Assembly (NCBI GenBank): GCA_038087875.1
Contig: CM075980.1
Span: 51,336,001-51,400,000, forward strand
Direction: 5' to 3'
Source: Malacoraja senta
Taxonomy: Eukaryota
Length of the DNA stretch: 64,000 nucleotides
Shown: positions 1 through 11,449 of the stretch, one piece after another
Numbering within the stretch: the stretch's first letter is position 1
Layout: each line of letters begins with the position of its first letter
Translations under genes and position numbers: made by a program
Notes under the pieces: generated by a model
What the model saw: only the letters and a program-made list of their open reading frames with translations
Told to the model about the DNA's origin: nothing
The model's database searches: none

Positions 1-424
1 AAACGCCCCTAGGAACGATTTTTCAGCAAACGCTTGTACTCCAACGAAATATAATTCAGGACAAGGTAGGAGAAACCCGCGTTTTAAGCCCGCCCCTTCC
101 TCAAAGGCGCCTAAATCGCGCACACGGCCAGTGACAAAATTACAGCGCCGCTGAAGGTAAGTATTGTAACATACCTATATATAGTGTGTGAAAAAGGAAA
201 AAAAAGAGTGTGAGAAGAAAATTGAAGAAAAGAAAATAGAAAAAAGAGAGTAGAAAATAAAAAAAGAAAAGTAAGGAGATCATTATTTTTAATCTTGACC
301 ATCCCTCACCCAGTCCTAGTTGTGATGGAAGATTGATAATGATGCTGTAATTGTGGGCATTGTTTGTGGTTTGGGAGGATTTTTGGGCATGTTCTTAAAC
401 TGTGGATAAAACACTTCATCAGAG

Positions 425-570
425 ATTAGAAACATAGAAAATAGGTGCAGGATGAGGCCATCCGGTCCTTTGAGCCAGCACCGCCATTCATTGTGATCAT
501 GGCTGATCGTCCCCAATCAATAACCCGTGCCTGCCTTCTCCCCATATCCCTTGATTCCATTAGTCCCTAG
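425..570 (-). mobile_element. CR1 LINE 3' end fragment
   Basis: Reverse complement resembles the 3' end of the CR1 copy at 49290-49434 (gatcagccatgatc, gaatggcggtg, ctatgtttcta tail). Confidence 0.8.
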
Positions 571-920
571 ACCCAGAAAAATTGGACAACCCTTGCACCC
601 GAAAGCCAGTATCTAGAGGAGAAACAAAACAACAATGTGCCATTGTGTAGCTTGAAGGTTATGGGGCAAAGTTTAAAGGGGATGTACGGGTCATGTGTTT
701 TTACACAAAGATGGTGGGTGAATGGGACGTGCTGCCACGGTTGGTGGTGGAAGCAGATACAATCATGGTGTTTAAAAGGCTTTTGGATAGACACCTCCAA
801 ATGGAGGGACATATCTCCACTGCCAGCATGTGAGCCAAGTTTAACTTGGTATCATGTTGGGCATGGACATTATGGGCCGAAGGGTCTATTCCTGTGCTGT
901 ACAGTTCTATGTTGCTTTAT

Positions 921-1212
921 ACTTTAGACTTAAGTGATACAGGCCCCTTGGCCCAACTAGTCTGCGCTGACCAACGATCACCCCGTACACTAGCATTAAC
1001 CTACACACTAGGGACAATTTACAAAAGCTAATTAACCTACAAACGTGTATGTCTTTGGAGTGTGGGAGGAAACTGGAACACCCGGGAGAACCCCCCCTGC
1101 AATCACAGGGAGAAAGTACAAACTCTGAACGGACAGCACCCGCAGTCAGGATCGAACCAGGCTCATTGGCGCTGTAAGGCAGGAACTCTACTTCTGTGCC
1201 ACTGTGCTGCCC
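921..1212 (-). mobile_element. tRNA-derived V-domain SINE (HE1-like)
   Basis: On the minus strand: tRNA-like head with B box (ggttcgatcc), V-domain core (tttgtac..tctccc...ttcctcccacactccaaagac), tail gggccaaggggcctgtatc. Confidence 0.85.
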
Positions 1213-1846
1213 CAAATTCTCTTGTGACATTGTTTTGCACAGAATATTAAAATGAGTCCTCTCTTTGTAGTGATAGCGTATTGCATGAAACAAATCTGTC
1301 TCTGGTTGAATGTTTTAATTGATTGTGGGATCAGCTTCACACTAATGATGTCCACTGGGAATGGTGGTTGTGGGGATATCCGGACATGAAAGGGCAGTGG
1401 TCGTCCCGTGCATAATCCGAGCACAATTAAATCATAACATGTCCCCAGCCAAACATTGGAGCTCCTTGGTGACTGATGATTTCTTCATGAAAGAAATTAT
1501 TTATTGTGCATTGCAATATTTTAATCCACACTGATTCATGCACCCTTGGTATTTCTGGAGCAAGATAAGAAGCATTGATTCATGAAGCCATGACATCAGA
1601 CTCTGTATGGAGCAGGATAAAATGTTCCATGCGACATTATACAGGCAGCTGTATAATGAGGGTGATGGAATCTGCACGTGTCTGTTTTCTCCCCGTTCCA
1701 TCTTCTGAAGACATCATGTCCTTGCCAAGATCATGAATGATAGATCAAAGCAAGGCAAGTTGGCCTATTGTCCAACTGCCAGTGTTATTAGAGCTGCCTC
1801 CTTCTGAACTCTAATGCTGCCAGTCTGGAACCAACACATTCTCGTC

Positions 1847-2122
1847 CTGAAGAAAGGTCTTGACCCAAAATGTCACCTATTCTTTTCCTCCAGAGATGCT
1901 GTCTGACCCGCTGAGTTACTGCAGCTTTTTGCATCTATCTTTGGTGTAAACCAGCATTTGCAGTTCCTGAATTTGCAGTCTGAAGAAGGGTCTTGACCTG
2001 AAACATTTCTTCTCTCCAGAGACGTTGCCTGTCCCGCTGAGTTACTCCAGCATTTTATCTACTTTCGGTTTATACCAGCATCTGCGGGTTCTTTCCTACA
2101 AATTTGCAGTTCCTTCCTACAC
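1847..2122 (+). mobile_element. Two tandem/nested PLE terminal units with degenerate hammerhead cores
   Basis: ctgaagaaaggtcttgacccaaaatgtc (1847) and ctgaagaagggtcttgacctgaaac (1980), each followed by the gatgctg/gacgttg..gctgagttact..cagc body; aatttgcagt flanks the second unit on both sides. Confidence 0.75.
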
Positions 2123-2244
2123 ACTCCTGTAACCTTGTGTGTTGTCCCAGATGCTCCAGTTTTCACCAACATCCCATAGACGTGTGTTGGTTGGCTGATT
2201 GGCCGCTGTATAAGTTGCCTCAAGGGGTGGGGTAGAATCTGGGA

Positions 2245-2845
2245 ATGGAGATGCGGAGGAATTTCTTTAGCCAGCGGGTGAATTTATTGTCCATTCATGC
2301 TGTGCTCGTAAGTCATGGGAGACGAATAGGCTATTTGGCCCATCAAGTCTACTCCGCCATTCAATCATGGCTGATCAAGCTTTCCCTCTCAACACCATTC
2401 TCCCTGTAACATTTGACAGGTTATTGATTAGTAAGGGTCTCAATCTCTACTTAAAAAATGCCCAATGGCATCCACAACCATCTGCGGCAATGAATTCCAT
2501 GGATTCACCACCCTCTGACTAAAGAAATTCCTCCTGATCTCTTTTCTAGACTACGTCCTTTAATTCTGAGGCCATGCCCACTGGTCCGCGACTCTCCCAC
2601 TCGTGGGTACATCCACTCCACATCTACTCTATCCAGGCCTTTCATGATTCTGTGAAGGCCAAGTCAATGAGTATTTTTAAAGCAGAGATTGATAGGTTCT
2701 TGATTAGTATGGGTGTCGAAGGTTACAGAGAGGAAGGAGGAGAATGGGGTTCAGAGGGAAAAATAGATTGGCAATGAGCGAATTGTGGAGAAGATTCAAT
2801 GGACTGAATGGCCTAATCTGCTCCTGTGTTTTATGGTCTTATGGA
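2245..2845. mobile_element. CR1 3' fragments (minus copy nested inside a plus copy)
   Basis: Plus-strand CR1 3' region is interrupted at ctgtg by an antisense CR1 tail (~2305-2648) and resumes at 2650. Confidence 0.65.
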
Positions 2846-4099
2846 AGGAGTTGATGGGAATGTGGGAAGAATGGGTTCCAGTGGAAATTAGTTATGGAAA
2901 TAGGATTGTTCTGTGCGCTGGCCTGGAGGCGATGGCGTCAGGAGGTTTGGAAACTGCCTGCTGCCCTCGAGTGGTTCCCCAGAGGTCCATCTCTGGGGTA
3001 AGAGGGATATTCCCAAACCTAACCCATGTCAGAAGTAGTCTGAACTGTTTTATAAATTTGCCAATCTAAGAACTGCAGATGCTGGAAATCTGATATTGAA
3101 AACAGAAAATGCTGGTAACACTCAGTCACACAGCATCTGTGGAAAGAGACCAAGTTAACATTCAGGTTCAAGTCTTTGACCTGAAATGTTAACTCTGTTT
3201 TCCTTTCAGCAGGCTTTGCAGCATCTGTGGTCTGCTTCAACCATTTCCTGTTCTTATTTGTGGTTTTCATTTTCCTCTCGCAATGATTATCTCGAACTGT
3301 TCTGACATTGACTGTGAAATATGTAAGTCGTGACTATTTTGACAAGGAATTAATCCCAGACCATCTGGTCTGTTTAAAAGTAGTGCTACTTCTCTCTGAG
3401 CTCAGTATCTGTGACCTGTGGAAGCTTTATTTCACTTGTCCACAGCTCGTGGTTACCCCTCCATCCCCACCTCAATGAGTTCCGCGCCCACCATGACTTG
3501 GAACTCTTCAACCGCCGCCTCCGCCTCACAGCATTCTTCCATGGGAAGGAGTCCTCGCCCCCCATTGATGACCCCTTTTCCCATCTCCAACGCACCCCCT
3601 ACTCGTGGAACCCCCCTCGTGGCCTTCCGGCTTTAGAACTCTTTATGAAAAACTGCCACCGTGACATCAACCGCCTCAACTTCTCCACTCCCCTGTCTCA
3701 CTCCAATCTCTCCCCCCCCTGAACGCACTGCCATCGACTCACTCCGCAACAACCCAGATTGGGTTATCAAACCCGCCGACAAGGGAGCAGCCGTGGTAGT
3801 CTGATCTCTACAAAGCTGAGGCCACGCGCCAACTTTCGGACACCTCCTCCTACTTATCCCTGGACCATGACCCCACTGACGAGCACCAGGCCACCATCTC
3901 CAGCACCATCACCGACTTCATCAACTCCCACGCCCTGCCTGACCGAGCCTCCAACCTCATCGTTCCCCAGCCCCGCACGGCCCGATTTTACCTTCTCCCC
4001 AAAATCCACAAACCTGACTGTCCCGGTAGACCCATTGTCTCTGCCTGTTCGTGCCCCACCTAACTCATTTCCACCTACCTTGACTCCATCCTATCCCCC

Positions 4100-5545
4100 T
4101 TGGTTAAATCCCTCCCTACCTATGTTCAAGACACCTCAGACACTCTCCGTCGTCTCCGCGCATTCCATTCTCTAGGCCCTCACCCCCTCATCATCACCAT
4201 GGACGTCCAGTCACTCTACACCTCCATCCCCCACCAGGATGGTCTCAAAGCCCTCCGGTTCTTCCTCGACCAGAGAAGCAACCTATACCCGGCCACTGAC
4301 ACCCTCCTCCGCCTAGCGGAGTTGGTCCTTATCCTCAATAACTTCTCGTTTGATTCCTCCCATTTCCTCCAAATACAAGGCGTAGCTATGGGCACACGCA
4401 TGGGCCCCAGCTACGCCTGCCTCTTTGTCGGGTACGTCGAACAATCCTTGTTCAATACGTACCAGGGCCCCATCCCCGACCTCTACCTCCGCTACATCGA
4501 CGACTGCTTTGGTGCCACCTCCTGCACCCACACACAACTGACTGACTTCATCCACTTCACCACTAACTTCCATCCGGCACTCAGATACACCTGGACCATT
4601 TCCGACACTTCCCTACCATTCCTTGACCTCACTATCTCCATCGCAGGTGATAGACTTCTGACCGACATCCACTATAAACCTACTGACTCCCATGGCTATC
4701 TGGACTACACTTCTTCCCACCCTGCTTCATGTAAGGAGTCCATCCCCTACTCCCAATTCCTCCGTCTATGCCGCATCTGCTCCCAGGATGAGGCGTTCCA
4801 CACCAGGGCATCTGAAATGTCCTCATTCTTCAGGGAACGGGGGTTCCCCTCCTTCACCATAGATGAGGCTCGCACCAGGGTCTCTTCCATACCCCGCAAC
4901 ACTGATCTCTCTCACCATCCCCCCACTCGCAACAAGGGCAGAGTCCCCCTAGTCCTCACCTTTCACCCCAACAGCCGTCACATACAACAAGTAATCCTCC
5001 GTCAGTTTCGCCACCTCCAACGTGACCCCACCACTCGCCACATCTTCCCATCTCCCCCCATGTCTGCCTTCCGCAAAGACCGCTCCCTCCGTAACTCCTT
5101 TCTCAATTCTTCCCTTGCCTCCCGTACCACCCTGGGCACTTTCCCTTGCAACCGCAAGAGATGCAACACTTGTCCCTTCACCTACCCCCTCGACTCCATT
5201 CAAGGACCTAAGCAGTCGTTCCAGGTGCGACAGAGGTTCACCTGCATCTCCTCCAACCTCATCTATTGCATCCGCTGCTCTAGAAGTCAGCTGATCTACA
5301 TCGGTGAGACCAAGCAGAGGCTTGGCGATCATTTCGCCGAATACCTCCGCTTGGTCCGCAATAACCAACCTGACCTCCCGGTGGCTCAGCACTTCTCCTC
5401 CCGTTCTGTATCTGACCTCTCTGTCCTGGGTCTCCTCCATGGCCAGAGCGAGCAACACCGGAAATTGGAGGAACAGCACCTCATATTCCGCTTGGGGAGT
5501 CTGCATCCTGGTGGCATGAACATTGAATTCACCCAATTTTGCTAG
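4100..5545 (+). CDS. PLE reverse transcriptase + GIY-YIG endonuclease (C-terminal 481 aa of a disrupted ORF)
   Basis: RT motifs MDVQSLYTSIP, QGVAMGTRMGP, LRYIDD, LPFLD, YKPTD; linker CNRKRCNTC; GIY-YIG NLIYCIRC..IYIGET; C-terminal GMN. The natural start lies upstream and is disrupted. Confidence 0.92.
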   Translation: MVKSLPTYVQDTSDTLRRLRAFHSLGPHPLIITMDVQSLYTSIPHQDGLKALRFFLDQRSNLYPATDTLLRLAELVLILNNFSFDSSHFLQIQGVAMGTRMGPSYACLFVGYVEQSLFNTYQGPIPDLYLRYIDDCFGATSCTHTQLTDFIHFTTNFHPALRYTWTISDTSLPFLDLTISIAGDRLLTDIHYKPTDSHGYLDYTSSHPASCKESIPYSQFLRLCRICSQDEAFHTRASEMSSFFRERGFPSFTIDEARTRVSSIPRNTDLSHHPPTRNKGRVPLVLTFHPNSRHIQQVILRQFRHLQRDPTTRHIFPSPPMSAFRKDRSLRNSFLNSSLASRTTLGTFPCNRKRCNTCPFTYPLDSIQGPKQSFQVRQRFTCISSNLIYCIRCSRSQLIYIGETKQRLGDHFAEYLRLVRNNQPDLPVAQHFSSRSVSDLSVLGLLHGQSEQHRKLEEQHLIFRLGSLHPGGMNIEFTQFC

Positions 5546-5651
5546 CCCTTGCTGTCTCCTCCCCTTCCTCAGCCCTCGGGCTGTCTCCTCCCATCCCTCA
5601 GCCCTCGGGCTCCTCTTCCGCCTTTTTCCTTTCTTCTCCCCACCCCCCATC

Positions 5652-5690
5652 AGTCTGAAGAAGGGTTTCGGCCCGAAACTTTGCCTATTT
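5652..5690 (+). ncRNA. Minimal type-I hammerhead ribozyme motif in the PLE terminus
   Basis: CUGAAGA-A-GGGU(UUCG)GCCC-GAAA-C; this copy has CUUU where sister copies have CGUU/CGUC. PLE termini are known to carry minimal HHRs. Confidence 0.7.
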
Positions 5691-5804
5691 CCTTCGCTCC
5701 ATAGATGCTGCTGCACCCGCTGAGTTTCTCCAGCATTTTTGTGTACCTTCGTGGTTATGAATAATGGGCAGTTTGTTCTTCTTCCCCCCCCCCCCCCCCC
5801 CCCC

Positions 5805-6082
5805 GCAGCGGTAGAGTTGCTGCCTTGCAGCGCCTGAGACCTGGGTTCGATCCTGACTATGGGTGCTGTCTGTATGGAGTTTGTACGTTCTCTCCGTGAC
5901 CTGCGTGGGTTTCCCCCGGTTTCCTTCCACACTCCAAAGACTTGCAGGTTTGTAGACCAATTGGCTTGGTAGAAATGTGTAAATTGTCCCAAATCTGTGT
6001 AGGATAGTGTTAATATGTGGGGACCGCTGGTCAGCGTGGGTTGAAGGGCCTGTTGTGCGCTGTGTCTCTACACTAAACTAAG
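5805..6082 (+). mobile_element. tRNA-derived V-domain SINE
   Basis: gcagcggtagagttgctgcc head, gggttcgatcc B box, V domain, gaagggcctgtt tail, ctaaactaa end. Confidence 0.88.
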
Positions 6083-6409
6083 TTGTTTATTATTGTCACG
6101 AGTACAGAGGTACAGTGAAAAGCTTTTTTTGTTGCGTACCATCCAGTCAATGAAACGGCTATACATGATTGCCATCAAGCTGTCCACAATGTACGGATAC
6201 AGATAAAGGGTATATCATTTAGCAGAGTGCACTGTTTGTAAATGATCCTCAAGTTGCACACTATCCAATGATGATTCAACAATACTACATTGTCACATGT
6301 CCCTAGGTACAGTGAACATATAGCCCAGTAAAACCATGTAGCAGACCTCACCCAGGCAGCATACAAGTGTTGTCACTTTTTGGCGCCGACATGGAAATAT
6401 GTGGAATCT

Positions 6410-6575
6410 AGGAACTGCAGATGCTGGTTCATACAAAAGGACACAAAGTGCTGGAGTACTTCAGTGGCTGGGTGACGTTTGGGGTCGGGGAGGATCCTGA
6501 CCTAAAATGTCATCTATCCGTGTTCTCCAGAGATGCTGCCTGACCCGCTGAGTTATTCTAGTACTTTGTGTCCTT
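6410..6575. mobile_element. Inverted pair of PLE terminal units (degenerate)
   Basis: ggacacaaagtgctggagta ... tattctagtactttgtgtcc arms. Confidence 0.7.
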
Positions 6576-7601
6576 GTCTGACCTTGCCCTCGTGGTGGCT
6601 GACTCTAAATCCTGTGACCATCTACGTACGGCACTGTGGGAGGACCTTGCCACAAGGACTGTACTGGTTGCAGGTACGGCTCGTGGGTGATCAAATGTTC
6701 GCCTTGGTAGTTGACCTCTAATTCCATGATTATTTAAAAATAATTGCCAATGTCCTTCAGTTCAGTGCTGGTGTTGGCTGAGCAATAAAGAGATTCAACA
6801 TATCAAACAACGCTGAGCTGCTCCTACCTGAAAAACGGATTGCAGGGTCGAGATAAGGAAAAAGACAGATGATTCCTCCTTTTGTGAGGCAAAACTGGAA
6901 CTGGTAGCCATAATAAAAGGTAGTTAACAATGCATCTCATGGGAGATTCAGGAGAAAATTCCTTGCCCAGAGTGTGGTTAAAATGTGCAAGATGACTCCG
7001 CATGGAATAATTGCATCAAATAGATGCATCAAATAGATGCAATTAAGGGGAAGCTGCAGTAATTGCGCCAGAGAAAGGATTACCGGACGGATGTTCTGAT
7101 GAAGGGATGGAGGAGCAATATCGCCAGCACTAAGCACTAGAGCTAAATGAACAATTTAGTTCTGGTACAGTAAGCTTTACTTCCCACGCACAATATTTTC
7201 TGCTTGAAAAGCAATTGTGAAAGTATCTGTACAGCCTTCGGGTATTGATGCCCTGAGAGTTACAAGAACTGGGAACCTCCCTGGGTGGGTGGGTGGCGTC
7301 TAGCCATCCTTTTAAAGGTGACTGACATCACACTTATTGCATCTGGTGAACTTCACTGAAACTCCTTGATCTGTTTAGTTAAGTTCACCAGACAGAAGGT
7401 CGGTCGTGTGTGGCTAGCTCTCGGCAGCATGGCTAAGCTTCGGAGCTCCGACATGGAGTTTGTGGGTGGGGAAGGGTGCTGGCAGTGTCTTGAGTATGGC
7501 TGTTAAACCTTTTACCTCGATGTAAAATGCTTCAGTAAGCTGTGCTGTTGGATCTTAACCCATTCTGTAACTGTATGCAGTCCCATGGGAGATCAGCTAT
7601 C

Positions 7602-8130
7602 TGGACCAAGCGCAGGCTCGGTGATCATTTCGCTGGACACCTCTGCTCAGTCCGCCTGAACCTACCTGATCTCCCGGTTGCTAAACACTTGTCCTGGGCC
7701 TCCTCCATTGTCAGAGTGAGGCCCAGCACAAATAGGAGGAGGAACATCTCATATTTTGCTTGGGTAGCTTGCACCCCAGCGGTATGACTATTGACCTCTA
7801 ACTTTAAGTAGCCTTTGCTTTCCCTCTCTCTCTCTCTCCATCCCTCCCCCTTCCCATTTCTCTGACTAGTCTGACTGTCATTGTTTACATTTTATCTGTT
7901 TGCTTTGTTGTTACCTTCTCCTAGCTAACAATGATCTATACATTTTCCTTGATCACCATCCCCTTTGTCTCGTTTCCACACCTTATACTTCCTTATCTCT
8001 GTATCTCCCTCTCCCCTGATTCAGTCTGAAGAAGGGTCTCGACCTGAATCGTCACCATTCCTTCTATCTGGAGATGCTGCCTGTCCTGCTGAGTTACTCC
8101 AGCATTTTGTGTCTATCTGTTATCTTGCAG
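7602..8130 (+). mobile_element. PLE 3' fragment (GIY-YIG C-terminus, 3' UTR, HHR unit at ~8022-8118)
   Basis: TKRRLGDHFAGHL..PDLPVAKH is homologous to the end of the 4100 ORF; followed by cagtctgaagaagggtctcgacctgaatcgtc. Confidence 0.85.
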
Positions 8131-8399
8131 TTCTTTTTTATTGATTCTTCAATGTCCGACGCATCCCCTCCCAATCTCTAAACTTCAACTTTCCAGCCCA
8201 GTTAACTGGCTGATGAATAACGAAGGATAGACTTGTGCCACTCAATTGATGCCTCAAAGCACTTCACTCGCATATGTGGGACCTTTTGTGAACTCTAGTT
8301 GTTAATGCAACGTCAAGACAATCCAGCAGGCAATCTTGCACAGTGAGAGTCAGAGAAGTGACTCATTTATCATCTCCCACGCTTCCCTGAAGTTTGAAA

Positions 8400-8905
8400 T
8401 CAGAAGTTTAGGGAGATTTGGCATGCCGCCAAATATATTCTCAAACTTCTACAGGTGCACAGCAAAGGCATACTGACTGGTTGGTTACATCATGGTCTGG
8501 TTCTATGGGACGAAGGAAATAGTCAACGTTTCGGGTCGAGACCCTTCCTTCGCTCCATAGATGCTGCCTCACCCGCTGAGTTTCTCCGGCATTTTTGTCT
8601 ACCTTCGATTTTCCAGCATCTGCAGTTCCTTCTTAAACAACTCGTGGTCTGGTTCAGTAACTTGAATCCCCATGACTGTTTAGGGCTGCAGAAAGCAGTG
8701 GACAGTGCACAGTCCATCGTGGTTATTGACTTACTCACCATCGGAGAGATCTACAGGAAGCGCTGCCTCAAGAACGCAGCTAATATCATAAACACACACC
8801 ACCCTGGCCATGCTCTCATCTCACTGCTATCATTGGGAAGAATGTACAGGAGCCTGAGAACCTCCAGCTTCAAGGATAGGTTTTTCCCATCGACTATCTG
8901 GTTCT
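8400..8905 (+). mobile_element. Rex1/Babar-type LINE 3' coding fragment, interrupted by a PLE unit (~8505-8640)
   Basis: RCLKNAANIINTHHPGHALISLLSLGRMYRSLRTSSFKDRFFP resembles the Rex1/Babar ORF C-terminus. Confidence 0.7.
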
Positions 8906-9011
8906 TGAATTTCACCAATCCTTCCCAAAACCCGATCTCAGCAACAATTTCCTATGGATTTTGTATAGGTTGTGCTAGTACTTTGGTTTGTGCTATTTAT
9001 GGTCTGATTAC

Positions 9012-9302
9012 TTAGACTTTACTCTAGACTTGAGAGATACAGCGTGGAAACAGGCCCTTCGGCCCACCAAGTCCATGCTGACCCACGATCACCCTGTACA
9101 CTAGCACTAATCCTACACACCAGGGACAATTTACAGAAGCTAATTAACCTAAAAACCTGCACACCTTTGGAGTGTGTGAGGAAACCCACGCGGTCACGGG
9201 GAGAACGTATAAACTCTGTGCAGGCAACACCCGTACCCCGGATCAAACCTGAGTCTCTGGTGGTGTAAGGCAGCAACTCTACCGCTGCACCAACGTGCTG
9301 GC
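9012..9302 (-). mobile_element. tRNA-derived V-domain SINE
   Basis: Full head, core and tail on the minus strand. Confidence 0.85.
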
Positions 9303-10187
9303 ATACTAATCATAAGCATTAACAACAATTTACTATTGGTTATTGCATAGTTGTTGTGACGTTGTGTTAATGTGCCTTTGGAACTGAACAAATATGAATT
9401 GTCACTGTTTGGTTCCTGGTGCATGTGACACTTAAAGACACACTATCTTGTTTCCGTGCCCTGTCGGACTTTATCACTCTCGCCTGAGACCGATTGGATG
9501 GTTGCAGCCAGATCCAGAGGTTTTTCTGTCAGTGAATTGCTTTCTGGATTATTTAATTGAGTGATTAAAAATATCCTACTGGTGACTATTTAAAATCCCT
9601 GTAAAGGGATTGCGTAATGAAAGGATTAAGGTTGGTCTGGGAGACTGGGTGAAAGGGCTCGCATTGTTGAAAGGTGTTGGATGCAGGAAGCCACCCGCCT
9701 TTCTGGTAAACCTTGCCCAAGTGCAGTGAATATTCGGAATGCCTTGTCAAAATACGAGCGCAGATGCTTTTGTTCAGGACAGGTGCAGCATGCTTGTCAG
9801 TTTGAGCGGTTTACGCTGTGTAGCGGGGTCTGCCAGTGCACTTGACTGCAGAATGCTGATGGGGGAGGGGTGGTGGGTGGGTGGGTGGTAGATGTTATGG
9901 GCAACCCAGTGGAGGGAGTGGGAACCTGCCTGTGTCCAGCTGGTGTGAGAGCAGAGGTCAGGGGCGAAGGTCCAGTTGGCGATTGAGACAATACAATCTG
10001 GATGTGTGATTATCGCCTCACAGGGAGCACAGTTCAAGTGGTTTGGAGGCTTCTAGTTATTAAGAACAGTATCAAGACCTATGTGTTAGGGGTGGATGTG
10101 TAGAGAGGTTATCTGGAGGGAGACCCTGGTATTTAAGTGAGAGAGGGGCCTGTAGGCTTCAGTGCTGGTTTGCTTCACAGACTAGGG

Positions 10188-10491
10188 CTGTACAGTAGCT
10201 CAGCGGTAGAGTTGCTGCTTTACAGCACCAGAGACCTTGGTTAGATTCTGAGTACAGGTGTCGTCTGTGCGGAGTTTGTACATTCTCTCCGTGACCGTGT
10301 GCCTTTTCTCCGGGTGCTCCGGTTTCCTCCCACACTCCAAAGACATGCAGGCTTGAAGGTTAATTAGCTTTGGTAAAATTGTAAATTGTCCCAAGTGGGT
10401 AGGATCGTGTTAGTGCACGAGGTGATTGCTGATCGGTGTGGGCTCGATGGGCTGACAGGCTTGTTTTCACGCTGTGTCTCTAAAGTCTAAA
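10188..10491 (+). mobile_element. tRNA-derived V-domain SINE
   Basis: cagcggtagagttgctgc head; ttctccgggtgctccggtttcctcccacactccaaagac core; ctaaagtctaaa tail. Confidence 0.88.
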
Positions 10492-10711
10492 CCAGTAATT
10501 GTTCCGCTGTTGCCAAGGACTTGTTCATTTCTATTCTTTGTTTCTCATCTGCCGATTCTCTACACATGTCAGTACACTAATTCCAATCCCAGGTGGTTTA
10601 ATTTATCACATTAATTTCTTGTGTGTGACCTTGTCAAAAGGCTTAAGTTCAAATACACAATATCCATTGGTGCTCTCCCAACAATCCTAGTGGTCGCCAA
10701 CTCAATAAATT

Positions 10712-11025
10712 TTGTTTGAAAGACACAGCATGGAGAGGGGCCCTTCGGCCCACAGAGTCCATGCCAACCACCGATCACCCATTCATTCTAGTTCTATCTA
10801 ACCCCACCTTCGCATCCACTCCCTACACACTAGGGGCAATTTACAGAGACCAATTGGTGAACAAACCCACTTGTCTTTGGGATGTGGGAGGGAACCAGAG
10901 CTCCTGAAGAAAACCAACATGGTCAGAGGGATGTGCAAACTCCTCGGACAGCACCAGTGGTCAGGATCGAGCCTGGTTCTCTGGCACTGAGGCAGCGGCT
11001 CGACCAGCTGCACGACTTCACCGCT
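10712..11025 (-). mobile_element. tRNA-derived V-domain SINE (second subfamily)
   Basis: Antisense head, core and tail, with a variant middle (cccacatcccaaagac, gtagggagtggatg). Confidence 0.8.
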
Positions 11026-11449
11026 AAGCCTGATTTCCCATCGGTTCAGTTCACTCTCATTGTTACTAATCTGGTTGGATGTGAATGTTAAGATCACCAA
11101 TGTCTACAATGGTGCACTAATTGCCCACTCTATCCATCGTGTTCTGCCCACTTGGTATTTCTGAACGTAGAAATGCTGAACACAGAAGATGCCTTTCATC
11201 CTAATGGCTCCTTGAAGACCCGCCCAGATGTTCTCACTTTCCCCATTTGCAATGAGGAAGATTTGACTGCTCTCATCAACAATGTTCGGTGCAAATGGCA
11301 AAACTCTGAGCGGGTTTGTGCTGTAGTCTGTCGGTGAAGTTGCCTGTGTGCATGATTAGACAGGAGCGATGTGTTTTCTTGTCCCTTGTCCTGTATATAT
11401 GTGCATACGCGCTCATTGGAGCATGTGAGATTGTAAGAGGGTTTGACGG

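Larger units (their letters stand above)
3456..5748 (+). mobile_element. Penelope-like retroelement, Neptune-type, 5'-truncated
   Basis: Direct repeat tcgtggtta at 3447-3455 and 5749-5757 (TSD). N-terminal coding region has frameshifts and one stop (…IKPADKG…FYLLPKIHK…GRPIVS…), then an intact RT-EN ORF, a pyrimidine-rich 3' region and an HHR-bearing terminus. Confidence 0.92.

Noticed and set aside
4949-5992. 347-aa minus-strand ORF
   Set aside because: Antisense shadow across the PLE ORF, its terminus and a SINE; no domain motifs.
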